From the NCBI GenBank assembly GCA_037446215.1, contig JBBIJB010000041.1:1-10615 (forward strand): a stretch of 10,615 bases of DNA. Reading direction: 5' to 3'. Below the pieces are notes generated by a model, which was not told the origin of the DNA, searched no databases, and was given only the letters and a program-made list of their open reading frames with translations. This stretch comes from Armatimonadota bacterium. GTDB taxonomy: Bacteria; Sysuimicrobiota; Sysuimicrobiia; Sysuimicrobiales; Humicultoraceae. Positions 1 to 7,913 of the stretch are shown in pieces. Position 1 is the stretch's first letter. Every line of letters starts with the position of its first letter. Both the position numbers and the translations under genes were made by a program.

Positions 1-15
1 ACACGGCAGGTCGCT

Positions 16-23
16 GGGGAGGG
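16..23 (+). promoter_or_regulatory. Shine-Dalgarno site of first ompH
   Basis: GGGGAGGG ending 6 nt upstream of ATG at 30. Confidence 0.7.
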
Positions 24-29
24 TATGCG

Positions 30-479
30 ATGAAGGTAGATGCACGGAAGCTGGCCATAGTGGCCGGCCTCGCTCTGATCATCGTGGTCGGGGCCGGACT
101 GCTTCTGCGTCAGGCGCCAGTACTGGGTCAGTCCTTCTCCGTCGGGTACGTGGATATGCAGCGGGCACTGGATAGCCACCCCCGGAAGGTCAACTCGGAG
201 CGCGCGCTGCAGGAGTTCTTCCAGGCCAAGCAGCGGGAGTTCCAGGAGAAGAGCAAGGGGATGACGGCGTTCCAGCGGCAGGAGCTCGATCGCAAGCTGC
301 AGCAGGAGATCCTCGACAGGCGGAACACGCTCCTGGGAGGGCTCGACAAGGAGCTGCGCGCCGCGGTCGAGAGCGTGGCCAAGGACTCCGGGATGTCGGT
401 CGTGCTCGACCGGTCGGTGGTTCTCTACGGCGGTACCGACCTGACCGAAGCCGTCATCAAGCAGATCAAGGGAAGGTAG
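30..479 (+). CDS. skp: Skp/OmpH family periplasmic chaperone (149 aa)
   Basis: N-terminal hydrophobic signal/TM segment; OmpH N-motif VGYVDMQRALDSHP; helical Q/E/K-rich middle; C-motif AVESVAKDSGMSVVLDRSVVLYGGTDLTEAVIKQI; good RBS. Confidence 0.9.
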   Translation: MKVDARKLAIVAGLALIIVVGAGLLLRQAPVLGQSFSVGYVDMQRALDSHPRKVNSERALQEFFQAKQREFQEKSKGMTAFQRQELDRKLQQEILDRRNTLLGGLDKELRAAVESVAKDSGMSVVLDRSVVLYGGTDLTEAVIKQIKGR

Positions 480-480
480 C

Positions 481-1617
481 ATGCGGCGCACCCTCGCCGC
501 CTGTGCCATCCTGGCCGCGACCGCCGTGCTGGCGGGTTGCCGGCCACAGGGGGCCTCCCAGCCAATACCCTCACCGTCGCCGGTCTCCGTGGAGACACCT
601 GCGGGTTACAGCGTGGCCAGGGTGGACGTGGGCGAGGCGCTCAAGGCCCACAGGCGGTGGCCCGAACTGGAGGCGCTCAACAAGAAGATGGCGGCTCTAG
701 AGGCTCGTCTCGGATCCCCGCTTCCCCCGCCGGAGGTGCCCGACCTGGGCGCCGCGCTCGATGCGGAGCTGAAGGCGGAGGCGGAGCGTCTCCAGGCCCT
801 CTACAGGGGCGAGATGAAGCTGCTCGAGGAGCAGGCCAAGCAGCGCATGGAGGCGTTCGCAAACGACATCAGGGCCGAGAACGAGGCCAAGATCGCCGAC
901 AGGCACAGGGCGATAAACGCCGAGTTGCAGAGGGCCGTGGACGGCAAGAGGGACGAGCTCCAGAAGGAGCTGGAGCGGTTCGAGCTTGCGGCGATGGCCG
1001 AGTACCGGATCCCGCTCCTCAACCTCCGTCTCAAGGGAGACGTTGTGGGCCTGGCCAACGAGGAAGAGGCCAAGCGGATCACCGCTGAGGCCGAGCGATT
1101 CACCACGGAGCGGGACGGCAAGATCCGGGCCAAGTCCCAGTCGCTCGAGAAGGCGTTCCAGGAGTTCCAGCAGGCCAGGGTCAGCGAGGCCGAGGCCCAG
1201 CTGAAGACGATGGGGACGTCACTCAACGAGGATGCCGAGAAGCGCGTAGCGGCCAGGCAGCAGGAGATCCAGGCCGAGATGAAGGCCGCGGTCAAGTCCC
1301 GCGAAGAGGCGTTCCAGCGGGCGATGGAGGAGAAGAAGAAGATCCTCGCCGGTGGCGCCGAGGCGCAGATGAGGTCTCTGCAGGAGCGCTACCTCAGGCG
1401 GGTCCAGTCAGAGGCGGGGCGCTTCCAGCAGGAGCTCGGCGAGGTGGCTGAGCAGCGCTTCAGGTTGGAGTACAGCATGATCGCGGATGTCAGGATCGAG
1501 GTGGCCACGATCGCCCAGGAGCGGAGGTTCGACCTGGTGCTGTCACGGGCCGTCGCGGCCCCGGGCGCCGCCGATCTGACCAAGGATGTCATCGCCCGGC
1601 TCCGGGGATCCCAGTAG
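481..1617 (+). CDS. Extended Skp/OmpH-like lipoprotein with long coiled-coil insertion (378 aa)
   Basis: Lipobox LAGC (Cys20); OmpH-like N-motif VARVDVGEALKAH and C-motif EVATIAQERRFDLVL...DLTKDVIARL flank ~275 aa of mostly E/A/K/R/Q-rich helical sequence; starts 1 nt after upstream stop. Confidence 0.75.
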   Translation: MRRTLAACAILAATAVLAGCRPQGASQPIPSPSPVSVETPAGYSVARVDVGEALKAHRRWPELEALNKKMAALEARLGSPLPPPEVPDLGAALDAELKAEAERLQALYRGEMKLLEEQAKQRMEAFANDIRAENEAKIADRHRAINAELQRAVDGKRDELQKELERFELAAMAEYRIPLLNLRLKGDVVGLANEEEAKRITAEAERFTTERDGKIRAKSQSLEKAFQEFQQARVSEAEAQLKTMGTSLNEDAEKRVAARQQEIQAEMKAAVKSREEAFQRAMEEKKKILAGGAEAQMRSLQERYLRRVQSEAGRFQQELGEVAEQRFRLEYSMIADVRIEVATIAQERRFDLVLSRAVAAPGAADLTKDVIARLRGSQ

Positions 1618-1665
1618 CCCGGCGGTAGCGGACTCTCAGATGCCTACAGGTGGTGGAGTGTTGGA

Positions 1666-2091
1666 ATGAAGACGGTCAGGAAGACCCTGCTCCTGCTAGT
1701 GCCAGCGCTGCTGTTGCTCACGGTCGCGGGCTGTACCGCCGGTCGAGTCGGGCTGGTTGACAACCAGCGCATCCTCGGCGAGAGCGCCATGGCCCTCCGG
1801 TACCAGAAGGAGCTGGACGACCGCGAGCGCGCGATGGCCGCCGATCTGCAGCTGCTCGTCTCCCAGCTATCGAGGGAGGACCTCGAAGCCCGCCGGGTTC
1901 AGTACCTCCGCGAGCTGCAGGGGCTGCGCGCCGAGCTGGACACGATACTGAACCGAGAGGTCAGGGCCGCCATCCAGCAGGTCGCGAAAGAGAAGCGGCT
2001 GCGAGGCGTCATCGTCAAGGGTCCCGTCGTGTACGGCAGGCAGGGTGCCGTCGTCGACATCACCCAGGATGTGATAGACCGGCTGAAGTAG
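1666..2091 (+). CDS. skp: Skp/OmpH family lipoprotein (141 aa)
   Basis: Lipobox VAGC (Cys23); VGLVDNQRIL N-motif; AIQQVAKEKRLRGVI...DITQDVIDRLK C-motif; GGTGGAG upstream. Confidence 0.85.
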   Translation: MKTVRKTLLLLVPALLLLTVAGCTAGRVGLVDNQRILGESAMALRYQKELDDRERAMAADLQLLVSQLSREDLEARRVQYLRELQGLRAELDTILNREVRAAIQQVAKEKRLRGVIVKGPVVYGRQGAVVDITQDVIDRLK

Positions 2092-2118
2092 CCCTTGCCG
2101 GACGGTCGAGGGCGCCCG

Positions 2119-3159
2119 ATGAGACTCGCGCAGCTCGCAGAGATCGCGCGCGCCGAACTCCTCGGCACCGGTGACGTCGAGATCCGATCGGTCACCGACC
2201 TGGAGGACGCGCGGCCGGACTCCATAGTGATGATTGCCGACGCCCGCCGCCTCCACGACGCGGAGGCCTCACCCGCGGGCGCGCTCCTGGTAGGCGCCAC
2301 TCTATCTCCTGTCGCCAAGCCCGCCCTTAGGGCCGCGAATCTCAGGGCCGCTTTTGCCCGTCTTTTGGGCGCGCTTGCCGATGAGGCGCCCTCCTGGACG
2401 GGCATCCACCCGAGTGCCGTGGTGGCTCCCGACGCGGAGATAGGGCCGGGAGCGGCGCTGTCCGCGCTCGTGGCCGTCGAGCAGGGAGCTCGGATCGGGG
2501 AGAGGAGCCGCGTCATGGCGGGTACCGTCATCGGGGCCCGTTCGGCCATCGGCGCAGACTGCCTAATCTACCCGAACGTGACCATCTACCCCAACACCGT
2601 GATAGGCGATCGGGTGACGATCCACAGCGGATCGGTCATCGGCAGCGACGGCTTCGGCTACGCGACCGAGGACGGGATCCACGTCAAGATCCCTCACGTG
2701 GGGAGGGTGGTGATCGAGGACGACGTCGAGATAGGGGCCTGCGTGACCGTGGACCGCGCAACCCTGGGAGAGACGCGCATAGGCCGCGGGACGAAGATCG
2801 ACAACCTGGTACAGGTGGCCCACAATGTGAATATCGGCGAAGGGGTGTTCGTGGTCTCGCTCACGGGGATCTCGGGCAGCGTCTCCGTGGGGTCGGGAGC
2901 GATCCTTGCGGGCCAGGCCGGAGTCGCGGACCACGTCAGCGTGGGTGCACGGGCAAGGGTGCTGGGCAGGGCCGGTGTGACCCGAGACATCCCCGAGGGC
3001 GCGACCGTCTCAGGGTTCCCCGCCCGAGACCACCGCGAGGAGTTGCGCGTGATGGCGGCGATGCGCCGCCTGCCGGAGCTGCTCGAGCGGGTGCAGGCGC
3101 TGGAGTCAAGGCTCTCTGGCACGCCGCGCCGCGGCCGGCGCAGGCCCGGCGGAACATGA
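2119..3159 (+). CDS. lpxD: UDP-3-O-(3-hydroxyacyl)glucosamine N-acyltransferase LpxD
   Basis: N-terminal uridine-binding domain (MRLAQLAE...), hexapeptide repeats, [31 protein letters not shown] with catalytic His, C-terminal helix [10 protein letters not shown]. Start moved from TTG 2095 to ATG 2119 (GAGG upstream). Confidence 0.95.
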   Translation: MRLAQLAEIARAELLGTGDVEIRSVTDLEDARPDSIVMIADARRLHDAEASPAGALLVGATLSPVAKPALRAANLRAAFARLLGALADEAPSWTGIHPSAVVAPDAEIGPGAALSALVAVEQGARIGERSRVMAGTVIGARSAIGADCLIYPNVTIYPNTVIGDRVTIHSGSVIGSDGFGYATEDGIHVKIPHVGRVVIEDDVEIGACVTVDRATLGETRIGRGTKIDNLVQVAHNVNIGEGVFVVSLTGISGSVSVGSGAILAGQAGVADHVSVGARARVLGRAGVTRDIPEGATVSGFPARDHREELRVMAAMRRLPELLERVQALESRLSGTPRRGRRRPGGT

Positions 3160-4952
3160 TCCGCGCCCTCTCGCTCTTCCTGGCGGCTCTCCTCGCGGCG
3201 GCCGCCGCGCAAGGGGCGGCCGCGCCTCCCTCGCATGCCCAATCCGGAGATGTGGTCGTCAGGGCGCTGCCCGGCGGCGGGGGCGGTGCCGAGATGCTGA
3301 TCCGCGGCAGGCCCGCGATGAAGCTGTCCGGGCCGGACGCGCTGCGCCGCCTTCGGCTCGCCGCGGGTAGGCTGACGCCGCTGCCGCTCAAGCCCGTGAA
3401 GGTGGCCGGCGAACTCCGCCCAGGCGCGGCGCACCTCACGGTGGATGGCGCGGTGGTGCTGACCCTGCTTCCCGATGACGCGAAGCGCTCAGGCGAGACG
3501 CTGCGGGGGATGGCGGCGAGGATGGCGCGCACGCTCGCGGCGTCTCTCGTGCCTCCGCCGCTTCTGGCCGCCCCCGGGGCCGTCGTGCTCTCGGTGGGCG
3601 GCACCGCAACCGTGCTGATCACGGCCTCCACGCCCGGCGCCACTACCGTGGGGGCCTTCGACAGGCAGGTAGTCGACGTCGCCAGGGCCGGAGACCTCCT
3701 CACGATCACGGGGATCAGGGTGGGCAGCACGGTCATCCGGCTCGCCCAGGGCAAGCACTCGGCTCAGGTCGCGGTCTCCGTCCGTCCTCCCGCAGGCGTG
3801 GTCCCGGAGTCGGTCGAGGTCTCGGTCACGGGTGCGCCGGCTCCGATCGAGTTGATGCGCGAGGCGGTTAGGCGGCGCCTTCAAGACGCGGTAAGGCTTG
3901 AGCCCGGCGCCTCGCTGGAGATAGGCGAGATCTCCCTGGAAGGGCCCCTTCCCCAGGGTGGCACCGCCTCTGCCAGGGTCAACGTGGGCGTGCGCAGTCC
4001 GTTCGCCGGCCCCGTGCATCGGTCGGTGGAGGTCCGCGTGGCCAACCTGCCCGTGGCGCTTGCCGAGCCCGATCTGCTCCTGGTCAGCAACAGGCCGGAG
4101 GTCATAACCGACAGCGGCCTCCTGTTCCATGAGACGCTCGACCGGGAGAAGTCGGCGCGCCTTCTCTACCACCACATGAACGGCGGCGAGGGGAAGGCGC
4201 GGGTCCTCAAGATCACCCTAGCCAACCCTTCGGGGTTCCGCGTCCTGGTGCACTACGCCAGCGGCATAGCCGGGCCCTCGCCCGACCCCGTGTTCGTCGG
4301 GTTCTCCTCAACCGCCAGGTTCCTCGAGAGGCTGGTCAATGGGCGGGGATACGTCGTCGAGGTCGCTCCTCGCGGCGCCGTGACCTTCAACGCCTACACG
4401 TTGGCGCCAAACGCGCTGGTCTCCGGGCTGATGCAGTTCCAGGTCATAGAGGGAGGGCCGGTGGAGCTGAGCGTGCATGTACGGCTCCCGTGGCTGCTGG
4501 ATCGCACGGTGACCACCGACCTCGGGCCCTGGGCCTTCCCGCATCCGCGGGGGACCTTTCCGGGGGCGCCCGTCGAGGTGGTCCGGGAGCTGCGCGCCGG
4601 TGAGCCGGCGCCCGTTGCCGACCTCGGCATCATGTCCGAGGCGCGCGACGTCCGGACCGGTGAGTCCCTGGTCGGCGACTACGGGATCCTGTACCGGCTG
4701 AGGCTCCGCGTCACCAACCCCACCGACCGTGAGGCCACCGTCTCGCTGGTCGCGCACGCCGCCGGGGGACTCGCCCGCGGCCTGTTCTACGTGGACAGAG
4801 AGCCGGTCGACATAGGGCTCCTCAGGCCCAGGGAGGAGCGCGTCGTGGGGGTCTTCGCGATACCCGCGGGGGCGGCGCGCGAGCTCCTGATCGTGACGAT
4901 GCCGGTGGCCGGATCGTACTACCCGGTGCGGCTCTCGCTGAGGCCCAGATGA
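3156..4952 (+). CDS. Uncharacterised secreted multidomain protein (598 aa): Ig-like segment plus C-terminal DUF3370-like region
   Basis: Ala/Leu-rich Sec signal peptide; ATGA overlaps at both ends; GC-rich third positions in this frame; motifs [19 protein letters not shown] and GDYGILY. The ORF is solid but the function is unknown. Confidence 0.8.
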   Translation: MIRALSLFLAALLAAAAAQGAAAPPSHAQSGDVVVRALPGGGGGAEMLIRGRPAMKLSGPDALRRLRLAAGRLTPLPLKPVKVAGELRPGAAHLTVDGAVVLTLLPDDAKRSGETLRGMAARMARTLAASLVPPPLLAAPGAVVLSVGGTATVLITASTPGATTVGAFDRQVVDVARAGDLLTITGIRVGSTVIRLAQGKHSAQVAVSVRPPAGVVPESVEVSVTGAPAPIELMREAVRRRLQDAVRLEPGASLEIGEISLEGPLPQGGTASARVNVGVRSPFAGPVHRSVEVRVANLPVALAEPDLLLVSNRPEVITDSGLLFHETLDREKSARLLYHHMNGGEGKARVLKITLANPSGFRVLVHYASGIAGPSPDPVFVGFSSTARFLERLVNGRGYVVEVAPRGAVTFNAYTLAPNALVSGLMQFQVIEGGPVELSVHVRLPWLLDRTVTTDLGPWAFPHPRGTFPGAPVEVVRELRAGEPAPVADLGIMSEARDVRTGESLVGDYGILYRLRLRVTNPTDREATVSLVAHAAGGLARGLFYVDREPVDIGLLRPREERVVGVFAIPAGAARELLIVTMPVAGSYYPVRLSLRPR

Positions 4953-5797
4953 CAGCCGTCGGGGTGCAGCGGACGATCACGCAAGCGGTTACCGTGGCCG
5001 GCACCGGGCTGCACTCCGGCGAGCACGCCACCGTCCGGCTGCTGCCCGCCCCGCCGTCCTCCGGGATTACCTTCCGCAGGACGGATCGGCCCGGCCTCCC
5101 TACGGTCCGGGCAAGCCTCGACGAGGTGGTGGCGACCGATAGGAGCGTGGTGCTCGGGGAGGGGGCGCGCATCGCCACGGTGGAGCACCTGATGTCGGCG
5201 GCGCGGGGTCTCGGAGTCGACAACCTGACGGTGGAGCTCGAGGGCGGGGAGCTGCCCTGCGGAGACGGCAGCGCGACGATCTACGTTGAGGCACTGCTCC
5301 GCGGCGGCCTCGTAGAGCAGGACGCGCCGCGCAGCCCCATAGTGGTCGGGTCGACGGCCTGGGCCGAGAGCGGCCCGTCCATCGTGGCGGCGTTCCCATC
5401 CGACGAGTTCCGCGTCACCTACGTGGCGACCGTGGATGGAACCGCCACGGCCCCGCAGATCGCCCACTTTCGGTCCTCGACGGAGGAGTATGCCTCTCAG
5501 ATAGCCCCGGCCCGCACCTGGGGCCGCGCCTCCGACGCCGACTCGCTTCGGGCCAGGGGGCTTGCACTCGGCGCCTCGCTGTCGACGGCCCTGGTCATAG
5601 GCCCGGACGGCTTCGTAAACGAGCCCCGGTTTCCCAACGAGGTGGCCCGCCACAAGGTCCTTGACATCATGGGCGACCTGGCACTGCTCGGCAGGCCGTT
5701 GCTCGGCCACATCGTGGCCGTCAGGGGAGGGCATGCCCTCCACCTAGCGCTGGCCCGCGTGATCGCCGCGAGGTTTGGAGGCGCCGATGGAGCCTAG
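4949..5797 (+). CDS. lpxC: UDP-3-O-acyl-N-acetylglucosamine deacetylase LpxC
   Basis: QRTI...GTGLHSG, TVEHLMSA, E.P..DGSA, IAPART, RFPNE.ARHKVLDIMGDL (Zn ligands), GGHALH; alternative GTG start at 4964. Confidence 0.95.
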   Translation: MTAVGVQRTITQAVTVAGTGLHSGEHATVRLLPAPPSSGITFRRTDRPGLPTVRASLDEVVATDRSVVLGEGARIATVEHLMSAARGLGVDNLTVELEGGELPCGDGSATIYVEALLRGGLVEQDAPRSPIVVGSTAWAESGPSIVAAFPSDEFRVTYVATVDGTATAPQIAHFRSSTEEYASQIAPARTWGRASDADSLRARGLALGASLSTALVIGPDGFVNEPRFPNEVARHKVLDIMGDLALLGRPLLGHIVAVRGGHALHLALARVIAARFGGADGA

Positions 5798-6284
5798 CCC
5801 CGCCCTGTGGGACGTAGAAGCGATCCAGAGGGTGATCCCGCACCGCTATCCCTTCCTCATGGTGGACCGGATAGTAGAGCTCGACCCGGGCAGGAGCATC
5901 ACCGGCGTGAAGAACGTGACAATCAACGAGCCCTACTTCGCGGGGCACATCCCCGGGCACCCCGTCATGCCCGGAGTGCTCCTGGTGGAGGCGATGGCGC
6001 AGGTCGGCGCCTGCCTGGTCCTGAACCATCCCGACCTGCACGGCCGGCTCGCCTATTTCGGGGCGATCGACCAGGCGAGGTTCAGGCGCAGGGTGGTGCC
6101 TGGAGACCAGCTCACGATACGGGTCGAGTTGCTACGGCTCCGGGGACGGTTGATCAGGGTCAGGGCCGAGGCCCGCGTCGGCGACGAGGTCGCGGCGGAG
6201 GGCACGCTGACGTTCTTCTTCGCCGAGAGCGGCCGGGCGGACCAGGCAGACGGGAACGGGAGGGAGAACGGTGCAGAGCCCTAG
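5787..6284 (+). CDS. fabZ: 3-hydroxyacyl-ACP dehydratase FabZ
   Basis: IPHRYPFLMVDRI, KNVTINEPYFAGH.PGHPVMPGVLLVEAMAQ, ARFRRRVVPGDQL; ATG 5787 preceded by GGAGG (5777-5781). Confidence 0.95.
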   Translation: MEPSPALWDVEAIQRVIPHRYPFLMVDRIVELDPGRSITGVKNVTINEPYFAGHIPGHPVMPGVLLVEAMAQVGACLVLNHPDLHGRLAYFGAIDQARFRRRVVPGDQLTIRVELLRLRGRLIRVRAEARVGDEVAAEGTLTFFFAESGRADQADGNGRENGAEP

Positions 6285-7101
6285 GCAGGTGCCCGCAGGC
6301 CCTGCAGTCCATCCGACCGCGGTCATCGCCCCCAGCGCGCGCCTCGAGGAGGGTGCCAGCGTGGGACCCTGTGCCGTGATCGGAGCGGACGTCATGGTCG
6401 GAAGCGGCACCACGATCGGACCCCACTCCGTGGTTCACGAAGATGTCACGATAGGCCGCGGCAACGCGATCGCCGCGCATGTGGTCATCGGCGGCCCCCC
6501 GCAGGACCGCGCCTACCGGGGTGAGCGCACGCGCGTGGTGATCGGCGACAACAACGTGTTCAGCGAGTTCGCCAGCGTGGACCGAGCGACCGGCGAGGGG
6601 CTCGAAACCTACATCGGCAGCGGCACCTACATTATGTCCGGAGTCAAGATCAGCCACAACTGCCGCGTGGAGGACGGCGCCATCGTCGTCAGCGGCTCGC
6701 AGATCGGCGGTTGGGCGCACATCGGGGAGAAGGCCTACGTCGGTGGGATCTGCGGGGTCCACCAGTTCGTGCGCATCGGCCGCCTGGTGATGGTGGCAGG
6801 GCTCTCGGCCGTTAGGCAGGACGTCCCACCCTACCTGCTGGTCGGCGGCTTCCAGACCCGCGCCTTTGGACTCAACAGGGTCGGACTCCAGCGCCACGGT
6901 ATCCCCCAATCCGACCGGAAGGCGCTGAGGAGGGTGTTCCGCGCGTTCTTCCAGATGGGCCTGCCCGCCGAAGAGGCGTTGCGCCTGGTCGAACAGGAGG
7001 CGCAGTCGTGCGAGCCGGCCCGCCACTTCCTTGAGTTCGTGCGGGAGGCACGCACGCGCAAGCGGGGTATCGTGAGATGGCAGGCTCAGACAGAGCCGTA
7101 G
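6271..7101 (+). CDS. lpxA: Acyl-ACP:UDP-N-acetylglucosamine O-acyltransferase LpxA (divergent active site)
   Basis: VHPTAVI hexapeptide start, GGPPQD, HQFVRIG, QDVPPY, GLNRVGLQR, C-terminal helical domain ending RGIVR; located after fabZ; GTG start with GGGAG upstream. Confidence 0.92.
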   Translation: MQSPRQVPAGPAVHPTAVIAPSARLEEGASVGPCAVIGADVMVGSGTTIGPHSVVHEDVTIGRGNAIAAHVVIGGPPQDRAYRGERTRVVIGDNNVFSEFASVDRATGEGLETYIGSGTYIMSGVKISHNCRVEDGAIVVSGSQIGGWAHIGEKAYVGGICGVHQFVRIGRLVMVAGLSAVRQDVPPYLLVGGFQTRAFGLNRVGLQRHGIPQSDRKALRRVFRAFFQMGLPAEEALRLVEQEAQSCEPARHFLEFVREARTRKRGIVRWQAQTEP

Positions 7102-7913
7102 GCCTGCTGGCCGGCAGTGGAGCGTTCCCCGAGGTGATCGCCGAGGCGGTCAAGGCGCGGGGGCAGCAGCTCGTCTGCGTGCAGGTTGCGGGACAGTCCG
7201 CCGTGCTCTCAGGGTTGGCCGACCACTACCGCCTCTGCGGGCCGGGCGCGCTGAGCGAGGTCGTCGCGACTTTCCTGACGCACCGCGTCACAGGGCTGCT
7301 GGTAGCGGGCCAGTTCCCTCGCGCCGAGCTTCTTGCCGAGGGCGACGCCCTGCGCGAGAGGCTGATGCAGACCGCGCCCGACCGGTGCGACGGCACGCTG
7401 TTCAACTCCCTTGCCGCGCTCCTGGCCGAGCATGGGATCAACCTCCTCGACCAGGCTCACTACGTGGGGGAGCTCCTGGCCCCGCCGGGGGTGATCACCT
7501 CGCGCGCGCCCACACCGGAGGAGACCGCGGACCTGGAGTTCGGACGATCGGTCGCGAGGCGCCTGGCCGACCTGGACGTCGGCCAAACCGTCGTGCTCAG
7601 ACGGGGAGTGATCCTCGCCGTCGAGGCCGCAGAGGGAACCGACCTGACCATCAGGCGCGGCGGGGCGATGGCCCGGGGCGTGGTCGTGGTGAAGGCCAGC
7701 CGCAACAACCAGGATCCCAAGTTCGACATCCCGGCCGTCGGGCCGGAGACAGTAGCCGTCATGCGCGAGGTCGGCGCCTCCGCGCTGGGTGTCGACGCCC
7801 GCCGGACGCTGCTCCTCCAGCGCGAGCGCCTCGCCGCATCCGCGGATCAGGCCGGGATCACGATCGTCGCAGCCGAAGCCCCGCCCCTGGGCACGCCGCT
7901 CAGTGTCCCCTGA
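7077..7913 (+). CDS. lpxI: UDP-2,3-diacylglucosamine pyrophosphatase LpxI (DUF1009)
   Basis: VGLLAGSGAFP, LDVGQTVV, LAVEAAEGTD.TIRR, VK.S..QDPKFDIPAVGPET; lies between lpxA and lpxB. Confidence 0.92.
   Translation: MAGSDRAVGLLAGSGAFPEVIAEAVKARGQQLVCVQVAGQSAVLSGLADHYRLCGPGALSEVVATFLTHRVTGLLVAGQFPRAELLAEGDALRERLMQTAPDRCDGTLFNSLAALLAEHGINLLDQAHYVGELLAPPGVITSRAPTPEETADLEFGRSVARRLADLDVGQTVVLRRGVILAVEAAEGTDLTIRRGGAMARGVVVVKASRNNQDPKFDIPAVGPETVAVMREVGASALGVDARRTLLLQRERLAASADQAGITIVAAEAPPLGTPLSVP

Noticed and set aside
25..33. Mini-ORF ATG CGA TGA overlapping the first ompH start
   Set aside because: Its ATG is only 1 nt from the SD sequence, too close for efficient initiation; spacing favours ATG 30; no evidence of a regulatory role
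1618..1665. 48-nt intergenic gap as terminator or sigmaE-type promoter
   Set aside because: No strong stem with a U-tract and no convincing -35/-10 match; only an RBS is evident
2401..3000. Periodic repeats in lpxD (and lpxA) as tandem repeats or CRISPR
   Set aside because: They are the expected hexapeptide left-handed beta-helix repeats at protein level; no identical DNA repeats with spacers
3115..3159. Arg-rich LpxD tail ([11 protein letters not shown]), and similarly the polar FabZ tail
   Set aside because: Short unconserved extensions running into the next gene's start region; explained by overlap and GC bias
5775..5797. Possible LpxC-FabZ fusion or programmed frameshift
   Set aside because: Bacteroidota-type fusion considered, but lpxC has its own stop and fabZ has its own GGAGG and ATG; no slippery sequence seen
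7789..7902. N-terminal extension of LpxB in the ORF track
   Set aside because: Lies inside lpxI and has no LpxB similarity; homology begins at RVFLVAGE, so GTG 7903 is preferred
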